A stretch of 64,000 nt of DNA from the human T2T-CHM13v2.0 reference genome, Homo sapiens, in the NCBI RefSeq assembly GCF_009914755.1, contig NC_060948.1. The stretch is one strand, 5' to 3'. A program made the position numbers and the translations under genes. The notes under the pieces are model-generated. The model saw only the letters and a program-made list of their open reading frames with translations, was not told the origin of the DNA and did not search any database. This document shows positions 54,078 through 64,000 of this stretch, piece after piece; the stretch's first letter is position 1; the number at the start of each line of letters is the position of its first letter.

Positions 54078-57000
54078 GGCCTGGAATAAAGTGGAATGCT
54101 ACGGTCTCGAATGGAATAAAAATGTATGGAATGGAATGCAATGAAACGGAATCGAATGTCATAGAATGTAATGGAATGCAACAAAATGGAATCCAATATC
54201 ATTGACTGGAAAGGCTGGGTGTCGAAAGGAATTGACTCCAATGGAATGGAATCGAATGGAATGGAAGTGAATAGAATCGAACTAAATCGAATGGAATGGA
54301 ATTGATAGGAACGGAATGGAAAGGAATGCAATGATTTGGCATGGAATCGAATCGAATGGCATCGAATGGAATGGAATGGAATGCAATGGAATGGAATGTA
54401 TTAGAATGGAATGAACTTTAATGGAATGTACTCGAATGGATTCGACTGGAATGGAATGTTCTGGAAGTGAATGGACTCCAATGGAATGGATTCAAAAGGA
54501 ATGGAATCGTACGGAATGGAATCTAATGGAATGGAATTAAATGGAAATGAATCAAATTGAATAGCACGGAATTGAATTGAATGGAATGGAATGCAATGGA
54601 ATCTAATGAAACGGAAAGGAAAGGAATGGAATGGAATGGAATGGGCTGGAATGGAAAGGAATCGAAACGAATGGAATGGAATCGAACTGAAGAGACTGGA
54701 ATGGAATGCACTGGAATGGAAGGGAGTGTAATGGAAGGTTCTCGAAAAAAATGGAATCGAATGGAATGGAATTGAATGGAACGGAATAGAGTCGAATGGA
54801 ATTGAATGGAATGGAATGGACTAGAGTGAAATGGAATCGAACCACAAGGAATGGACAGGAATAGAATGGTCTCGAATTGAATGGAATCGTATGGAATGGC
54901 ATCAAACGGAATGGAATGGACAGCCACGGAATGGAATGCACTCGAATGCAATGGAGTCGAAACTAATGGACTGGAATAGAATGGACTCGACTGGTACGGA
55001 CTCCAATGGAATGGAATCGAATGGAAGGGAATCGAACGGAATGGACGCGAAGGGAAAAGACTGCAATGGAAAGGTCTCGAATGGAATGGAAATTAATGGA
55101 ATCGAATGGAATCGAATGAAATGGAGTCAAAAGGAATGGAATCGAATGGCAAGAAATCGAATGTAATGGAATCGCAAGGAATTGATGTGAACGGAACGGA
55201 ATGGAATGGAATCCAAAGGAATGGAATAGAATGGAATGGAATCGAATGGAAAGGACTCGAATGGAAATCACTCGAATAGAATGCAATTTAATAAAATAGG
55301 ATCAAATGTAATGGAATGGAATGGAAAGGAATCGAAACGAAAGGAATGGAGACAGATGGAATGGAATGGAACAGAGAGCAATGGTATAGAATGGAATGGA
55401 ATCATCTGGAATGGAATTGAATGGAATGGAATAATATGAAATGGAATGGAATGGAATGGAATGGAATGCCCTTGAATTAAATGGACTGGAATGGAATGGA
55501 CTCGAACAGAGTGGAATGGAAAGTGTTGAGATAGAATGGAATGGACTCCTTTGGAATGGTCTAGTATGCAATGCAATCGACTGGCAGGGAATCAAAAGGA
55601 ATGTAATCGAATGGATTGGACTGGAATGCAATGGACTCGAATAGATTGGAAACGGGATGCAAAGGAATGGAATGGAATAGTATGGAATGGAATGGAAAGG
55701 AATGGAGTGGAATAGACTAGAGTGGAATGGAATGGACTGGAAAGCAATGGACTGGAATGGAACTTTCTTGAATGGACTGGAATCAAACGGAATGGAATGC
55801 AATGCAATCAAATGGCATGGAATAAAATAGAATGAAAGAGAATCAAATGGAATTGAATCGAATGGAATCGAATGGATTGGAAAGGAATAGAATGGAATGG
55901 AATGGAATTGACTCAAATGGAATGGACTAGAATGGAATGGATTCGAATGGAAGGCAAAGGAATGGAATCTATTGGAATGGACTGTAATGGAATGGAATGG
56001 AAGGGATTGGAATGGACTCGAATGCAATGGACTGCAATAGAAAGGATTCGAATGGAATGAAAAAGAATTGAATGGAATAGAACAGAATGGAATCAAATCG
56101 AATGAAATGGAATGGAATAGAAAGGAATGGAATGAAATGGAATGGAAAGGATTCGAATGGAATGCAATCGAATGGAATGGAATCGAACGGAATGGAATAA
56201 AATGGAAGAAAACTGGCAAGAAATGGAATCGAAATGAATGGAGTGTTATGGAACGGACTCAAAAGGAATTGAATGTAATAGAATGGAGTGGAGTGGACTC
56301 GAATATAATGGACTGGAATGGAATGAAATCACATGGAATGGGAACGAATGGAATGGAATGGAAAGGAATGGAATCGAATGGAAAGGAATCGAATGGAAGG
56401 GAATGAAATTGAATCAACAGGAATGGAAGGGAATAGAATAGACGGCAATGGAATGGACTCGAATAGAATGGACAGGAATGCTGAAATTGAATGGACTCGA
56501 ATGGAATGGAAACGAAAGGAATGTCATCGAATGGAATTGAATCGATTGGAATGAAATCGTATAGAATGGGGTGGAATCAAATGGAATTGAATCGAAAGGA
56601 AAGGAAGCAAATGGACTGAAATGAAATGGAATGGAATTGAATGGAAAGTTATGTAATGGAATAGAATGGAACGAAATTTCACGGAATGGAATCAAACTGA
56701 ATGGAATCAAATCAATGGAATCAAATCAAATGGAATGGATAGGAATTGAATGGAGTAGATTGGATTGGATGGGATTGGAATGAAATGTAATGGAAAGGAC
56801 TCGAATTTCATGAAACGGAATGGAATGAATTGGAACGGAACGGACTGGAATGGAGTGGAATGTCATGGAATGGCAACAAATGGAATGGCATCAAATGGAA
56901 TGGAATCGAATGCAATGGAATGCTATGGAATGGAATGGAATGCATTGGAATGGAATGTCCTCTAATGGAATGGATTCGAGTGGAATGGAATCGAATATAA

Positions 57001-57641
57001 TGGAGTCGAATGAAATGGAATTGAAAGGAATGGGATCGAATAAAATGGAATATACTGGAATGTAATGTAATGAACTCGAATGTAATTGACTGGAATGGAA
57101 TGTACATGAATGGAATGTAATCGAATGGAAAGTAATCCAATGGAATAGAATCTAATGCAATAAAATCGACTCAGATAGAGTAGAATGTAATGGAATGGAG
57201 TGCAGTGCAATGGAATGGAAAGGAATGGAATGCAATGGAATGGAATGGAATGGAATGGAATGGAATGGAATGGAATGGAATGGAATGGTGTGGAATGGAT
57301 AGTAATGGACTGGAGTGAAATGGACTGGAAAGGAATGGACTCAAATTGAAAGGGCTCGAAAGGAATGGAGTCAAATGGAATGGTCTGGAATGGAATGAAC
57401 ACGAATGTAATGCAATCCAATAGAATGGAATCGAATGGCATGGAATATAAAGAAATGGAATCGAAGAGAATGGAAACAAATGGAATGGAATTGAGTGGAA
57501 TGGAATTGAATGGAATGGGAACGAATGGAGTGAAATTGTATGCAGTAGAAGAGAATAGAATGGAATGCAAGCGAAAGGAAAGGAATGGATTGGAATGGAA
57601 TGCAATTCATTGGAATGGAAGGGAATGTAGTGTAATGGACA
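54078..57641 (+). repeat. DYZ1 unit 16 (3564 bp)
   Basis: Copy of unit 14; EcoRI site lost (CAATTC at 57603). Confidence 0.93.
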
Positions 57642-60600
57642 GGCCTGGAATAAAGTGGAATGCTACGGTCTCGAATGGAATAAAAATGTATGGAATGGAA
57701 TGCAATGAAACGGAATCGAATGTCATAGAATGTAATGGAATGCAAAAAAATGGAATCCAAAATCATTGACTGGAAAGGCTGGGTGTCGAAAGGAATTGAC
57801 TCCAATGGAATGGAATCGAATGGAATGGAAGTGAATAGAATCGAACTAAATCGAATGGAATGGAATTGATAGGAACGGAATGGAAAGGAATGCAATGATT
57901 TGGCATGGAATGGAATCGAATGGCATCGAATGGAATGGAATGGAATGCAATGAAATGGAATGTATTAGAATGTAATGAACTTTAATGGAATGTACTCGAA
58001 TGGATTCGACTGGAATGGAATGTTCTGGAAGTGAATGGACTCCAATGGAATGGATTCAAAAGGAATGGAATCGTACGGAATGGAATCTAATGGAATGGAA
58101 TTAAATGGAAATGAATCAAATTGAATAGCACGGAATTGAATTGAATGAAATGGGATGCAATGGAATCTAATGAAACGGAAATGAAAGGAATGGAATGGAA
58201 TGGAATGGGCTGGAATGGAAAGGAATCGAAACGAATGGAATGGAATCGAACTGAAGAGACTGGAATGGAATGCACTGGAATGGAAGGGAGTGTAATGGAA
58301 GGTTCTCGAAAAAAATGGAATCGAATGGAATGGAATTGAATGGAACGGAATAGAGTCGAATGGAATTGAATGGAATGGAATGGACTAGAGTGAAATGGAA
58401 TCGAACCACAAGGAATGGACTGGAATAGAATGGTCTCGAATTGAATGGAATCGTATGGAATGGCATCAAACGGAATGGAATGGACAGCCACGGAATGGAA
58501 TGCACTCGAATGCAATGGAGTCGAAACTAATGGACTGGAATAGAATGGACTCGACTGGTACGGACTCCAATGGAATGGAATCGAATGGAAGGGAATCGAA
58601 CGGAATGGACTCGAAGGGAAAAGACTGCAATGGAAAGGTCTCGAATGGAATGGAAATTAATGGAATGGAATGGAATCGAATGAAATGGAGTCAAAAGGAA
58701 TGGAATCGAATGGCAAGAAATCGAATGTAATGGAATCGCAAGGAATTGATGTGAACGGAACGGAATGGAATGGAATCCAAAGGAATGGAATAGAATGGAA
58801 TGGAATCGAATGGAAAGGACTCGAATGGAAATCACTCGAATAGAATGCAATTTAATAAAATAGGATCAAATGTAATGGAATGGAATGGAAAGGAATCGAA
58901 ACGAAAGGAATGGAGACAGATGGAATGGAATGGAACAGGGAGCAATGGTATAGAATGGAATGGAATCATCTGGAATGGAATTGAATGGAATGGAATAATA
59001 TGAAATGGAATGGAATGGAATGGAATGGAATGCACTTGAATTAAATGGACTGGAATGGAATGGACTCGAACAGAGTGGAATGGAAAGTGTTGAGATAGAA
59101 TGGAATGGACTCCTTTGGAATGGTCTAGTATGCAATGCAATCGACTGGCAGGGAATCAAAAGGAATGTAATGGAATGGATTGGACTGGAATGCAATGGAC
59201 TCGAATAGATTGGAAACGGAATGCAAAGGAATGGAATGGAATAGTATGGAATGGAATGGAAAGGAATGGAGTGGAATAGACTAGAGTGGAATGGAATGGA
59301 CTGGAAAGCAATGGACTGGAATGGAACTTTCTTGAATGGACTGGAATCAAACGGAATGGAATGCAATGCAATCAAATGGCATGGAATAAAATAGAATGAA
59401 AGAGAATCAAATGGAATTGAATCGAATGGAATCGAATGGATTGGAAAGGAATAGAATGGAATGGAATGGAATTGACTCAAATGGAATGGACTAGAATGGA
59501 ATGGATTCGAATGGAAGGCAAAGGAATGGAATCTATTGGAATGGACTGTAATGGAATGGAATGGAAGGGATTGGAATGGACTCGAATGGAATGGACTGCA
59601 ATAGAAAGGATTCGAATGGAATGAAAAAGAATTGAATGGAATAGAACAGAATGGAATCAAATCGAATGAAATGGAATGGAATAGAAAGGAATGGAATGAA
59701 ATGGAATGGAAAGGATTCGAATGGAATGCAATCGAATGGAATGGAATCGAACGGAATGGAATAAAATGGAAGAAAACTGGCAAGAAATGGAATCGAAATG
59801 AATGGAGTGTTATGGAACGGACTCAAAAGGAATTGAATGTAATAGAATGGAGTGGAGTGGACTCGAATATAATGGACTGGAATGGAATGAAATCACATGG
59901 AATGGGAACGAATGGAATGGAATGGAAAGGAATGGAATCGAATGGAAAGGAATCGAATGGAAGGGAATGAAATTGAATCAACAGGAATGGAAGGGAATAG
60001 AATAGACGGTAATGGAATGGACTCGAATAGAATGGACACGAATGCTCAATTTGAATGGACTCGAATGGAATGGAAACGAAAGGAATGTCATCGAATGGAA
60101 TTGAATCGATTGGAATGAAATCGCATAGAATGGAGTGGAATCAAATGGAATTGAATCGAAAGGAAAGGAAGCGAATGGACTGAAATGAAATGGAATGGAA
60201 TTGAATGGAAAGTAATGCAATGGAATAGAATGGAACGAAATTTCACGGAATGGAATCAAACTGAATGGAATCAAATCAATGGAATCTAATCAAATGGAAT
60301 GGAAAGGAATTGAATGGAGTAGATTGGATTGGATGGGATTGGAATGAAATGTACTGGAAAGGACTCGAATTTCATGAAACGGAATGGAATGAATTGGAAC
60401 GGAATGGACTCGAATGGAATGGAATGTCATGGAATGGCATCAAATGGAATGGCATCAAATGGAATGGAATCGAATGCAATGGAATGTTATGGAATGGAAT
60501 GGAATGCATTGGAATGGAATGTCCTCTAATGGAATGGATTCGAGTGGAATGGAATCGAATATAATGGAGTCGAATGAAATGGAATTGAAAGGAATGGGAT

Positions 60601-61210
60601 CGAATAGAATGGAATATACTGGAATGTAATGTAATGAACTCGAATGTAATTGACTGGAATGGAATGTACATGAATGGAAGGTAATCGAATGGAAAGTAAT
60701 CCAATGGAATAGAATCTAATGCAATAAAACCGACTCAGATAGTGTAGAATGTAATGGAATGGAGTGCAGTGCAATGGAATGGAATGGAATTGAATGCAAT
60801 GGAATGGAATGGAATGGAATGGAATGGAATGGAATGGAATGGAATGGGATGGAATGGTATGGAATGGATAGTAATGGACTGGAGTGAAATGGACTGGAAA
60901 GGAATGGACTCAAATTGAAAGGGCTCGAAAGGAATGGAGTCAAATGGAATGGTCTGGAATGGAATGAACACGAATGTAATGCAATCCAATAGAATGGAAT
61001 CGAATGGCATGGAATATAAAGAAATGGATTCGAAGAGAATGGAAACAAATGGAATGGAATTGAATGGAATGGAATTGAATGGAATGGGAACGAATGGAGT
61101 GAAATTGTATGCAGTAGAAGGGAATAGAATGGAATGCAAGCGAAAGGAAAGGAATGGATTGGAATGGAATGGAATTCATTGGAATGGAAGGGAATGTAGT
61201 GTAATGGACA
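57642..61210 (+). repeat. DYZ1 unit 17 (3569 bp)
   Basis: HaeIII spacing. Confidence 0.93.
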
Positions 61211-64000
61211 GGCCTGGAGTAAAGTGGAATGCTACGGTCTCGAATGGAATAAAAATGTATGGAATGGAATGCAATGAAACTGAATCGAATGTCATAGAAT
61301 GTAATGGAATGCAACAAAATGGAATCCAAAATCATTGACTGGAAAGGCTGGGTGTCGAAAGGAATTGACTCCAATGGAATGGAATCGAATGGAATGGAAG
61401 TGAATAGAATCGAACTAAATCGAATGGAATGGAATTGATAGGAACGGAATGGAAAGGAATGCAATGATTTGGCATGGAATGGAATCGAATGGCATCGAAT
61501 GGAATGGAATGGAATGCAATGGAATGGAATGTATTAGAATGTAATGAACTTTAATGGAATGTACTCGAATGGATTCGACTGGAATGGAATGTTCTGGAAG
61601 TGAATGGACTCCAATGGAATGGATTCAAAAGGAATGGAATGGTACGGAATGGAATCTAATGGAATGGAATTAAATGGAAATGAATCAAATTGAATAGCAC
61701 GGAATTGAATTGAATGGAATGGAATGCAATGGAATCTAATGAAACGGAAAGGAAAGGAATGGAATGGAATGGAATGGGCTGGAATGGAAAGGAATCGAAA
61801 CGAATGGAATGGAATCGAACTGAAGAGACTGGAATGGAATGCACTGGAATGGAAGGGAGTGTAATGGAAGGTTCTCGAAAAAAATGGAATCGAATGGAAT
61901 GGAATTGAATGGAACGGAATAGAGTCGAATGGAATTGAATGGAATGGAATGGACTAGAGTGAAATGGAATCGAACCACAAGGAATGGACAGGAATAGAAT
62001 GGTCTCGAATTGAATGGAATCGTATGGAATGGCATCAAACGGAATGGAATGGACAGCCACGGAATGGAATGCACTCGAATGCAATGGAGTCGAAACTAAT
62101 GGACTGGAATAGAATGGACTCGACTGGTACGGACTCCAATGGAATGGAATCGAATGGAAGGGAATCGAACGGAAGGGAATCGAACGGAATGGACTCGAAG
62201 GGAAAAGACTGCAATGGAAAGGTCTCGAATGGAATGGAAATTAATGGAATGGAATGGAATCGAATGAAATGGAGTCAAAAGGAATGGAATCGAATGGCAA
62301 GGAATCGAATGTAATGGAATCGCAAGGAATTGATGTGAACGGAACGGAATGGAATGGAATCCAAAGGAATGGAATAGAATGGAATGGAATCGAATGGAAA
62401 GGACTCGAATGGAAATCACTCGAATAGAATGCAATTTAATAAAATAGGATCAAATGTAATGGAATGGAATGGAAAGGAATCGAAACGAAAGGAATGGAGA
62501 CAGATGGAATGGAATGGAACAGAGAGCAATGGTATAGAACGGAATGGAATCATCTGGAATGGAATTGAATGGAATGGAATAATATGAAATGGAAAGGAAT
62601 GGAATGGAATGCCCTTGAATTAAATGGACTGCAATGGAATGGACTCGAACAGAGTGGAATGGAAAGTGTTGAAATAGAATGGAATTGACTCGTTTGGAAT
62701 GGTCTAGTATGCAATGCAATCGACTGGCAGGGAATCAAAAGGAATGTAATCGAATGGATTGGACTGGAATGCAATGGACTCGAATAGATTGGAAACGGAA
62801 TGCAAAGGAATGGAATGGAATAGTATGGAATGGAATGGAAAGGAATGGAGTGGAATAGACTAGAGTGGAATGGAATGGACTTGAAAGCAATGGACTGGAA
62901 TGGAACTTTCTTGAATGGACTGGAACCAAACGGAATGGAATGCAATGCAATCAAATGGCATGGAATAAGATAGAATGAAAGAGAATCAAATGGAATTGAA
63001 TCGAATGGAATCGAATGGATTGGAAAGGAATAGAATGGAATGGAATGGAATTGACTCAAATGGAATGGACTAGAATGGAATGGATTCGAATGGAAGGCAA
63101 AGGAATGGAATCTATTGGAATGGACTGTAATGGAATGGAATGGAAGGGAATGGAATGGATTCGAATGGAATGGACTGCAATAGAAAGGATTCGAATGGAA
63201 TGAAAAAGAATTGAATGGAATAGAACAGAATGGAATCAAATCGAATGAAATGGAATGGAATAGAAAGGAATGGAATGAAATGGAATGGAAAGGATTCGAA
63301 TGGAATGCAATCGAATGGAATGGAATCGAACGGAATGGAATAAAATGGAAGAAAACTGGCAAGAAATGGAATCGAAATGAATGGAGTGTTATGGAACGGA
63401 CTCAAAAGGAATTGAATGTAATAGAATGGAGTGGAGTGGACTCGAATATAATGGACTGGAATGGAATGAAATCACATGGAATGGGAACGAATGGAATGGA
63501 ATGGAAAGGAATGGAATCGAATGGAAAGGAATCGAATGGAAGGGAATGAAATTGAATCAACAGGAATGGAAGGGAATAGAATAGACGGTAATGGAATGGA
63601 CTCGAATAGAATGGACACGAATGCTCAAATTGAATGGACTCGAATGGAATGGAAACGAAAGGAATGTCATCGAATGGAATTGAATCGATTGGAATGAAAT
63701 CGCATAGAATGGAGTGGAATCAAATGGAATTGAATCGAAAGGAAAGGAAGCGAATGGACTGAAATGAAATGGAATGGAATTGAATGGAAAGTAATGCAAT
63801 GGAATAGAATGGAACGAAATTTCACGGAATGGAATCAAACTGAATGGAATCAAATCAATGGAATCTAATCAAATGGAATGGAAAGGAATTGAATGGAGTA
63901 GATTGGATTGGATGGGATTGGAATGAAATGTACTGGAAAGGACTCGAATTTCATGAAATGGAATGGAATGAATTGGAACGGAATGGACTCGAATGGAATG
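61211..64000 (+). repeat. DYZ1 unit 18 (partial)
   Basis: Starts at GGCC 61211; 15-bp duplication at 62156-62185; truncated by the window end. Confidence 0.92.

Larger units (their letters stand above)
44644..58421 (+). repeat. Tandem duplication of a 7097-bp two-unit block
   Basis: Many private variants recur at exactly +7097 (e.g. 44644/51741, 44901/51998), and the ORF track repeats with the same offset. Confidence 0.92.
1..64000 (+). repeat. DYZ1: Human satellite III (HSat3) array, DYZ1 family (Yq12 heterochromatin); GGAAT strand on +
   Basis: Diverged GGAAT pentamers run throughout, and landmarks recur every 3533-3584 bp (mode 3564, the published DYZ1 unit length). There is one GAATTC and one conserved AGGCCT per unit. 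TTGAATGGAATGGGAACGAATGG (495-517) and GGACAGGCCTGGAATAAAGTGGA (626-648) match the DYZ1 PCR primers Y1.2 and Y1.1 as I recall them. Confidence 0.96.

Noticed and set aside
60282-60292. GAATCTAATCA variant (units 17 and 18) resembling the DUX4 motif TAATCTAATCA
   Set aside because: It mismatches the first base and is a single change from the consensus GAATCAAATCA; a chance resemblance is likely.
160-63853. Hundreds of ORFs (MEWNG- and HSIPF-repeat peptides, up to 305 aa)
   Set aside because: (GGAAT)n and (ATTCC)n contain no stop codons in any frame, so long ORFs are expected. They overlap in all frames, have no domains, and are freely frameshifted between units.
1-64000. CRISPR-like or repeat-spacer array
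   Set aside because: There are no unique spacers; every segment recurs at a ~3.56-kb period.
1-64000. DYZ2/HSat1B block, Alu or L1 insertion, or an inversion
   Set aside because: I saw no AT-rich or Alu-like sequence, no poly-A tail and no switch to ATTCC on the + strand.
1-64000. HSat2 or an autosomal HSat3 array (e.g. 9q12)
   Set aside because: The HSat2-type CATTCGATTC/ATGATG pattern does not dominate, and the 3564-bp period plus the DYZ1 primer sites point to Yq12.
1-64000. G-quadruplex or telomere-like repeat
   Set aside because: Almost all G-runs are GG, GGG runs are sparse, and there are no TTAGGG arrays.

Overview
The whole 64 kb is one uninterrupted, single-orientation block of human satellite III ((GGAAT)n / (ATTCC)n). 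It is organised as a ~3.56-kb higher-order unit that matches DYZ1 of the Yq12 heterochromatin: 3564-bp modal length, one HaeIII/StuI and one EcoRI site per unit, and both classical DYZ1 sexing-primer sites. The window holds 17 complete units plus two partial ones. I see no genes, transposon insertions, DYZ2 blocks or inversions, and all listed ORFs are translations of the pentamer. I found no new gene system. The informative structure lies in the variants: three perfect heat-shock elements per unit (one lost in 5 units), a nested duplication history (10.7-kb trimer, 3.58-kb monomer, 7097-bp dimer), chimeric units, a subfamily boundary near 44.6 kb, a hypervariable (GGAAT)n tract, 15-bp-quantised indels and CpG decay. 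All variant calls were made by eye and should be confirmed by alignment.
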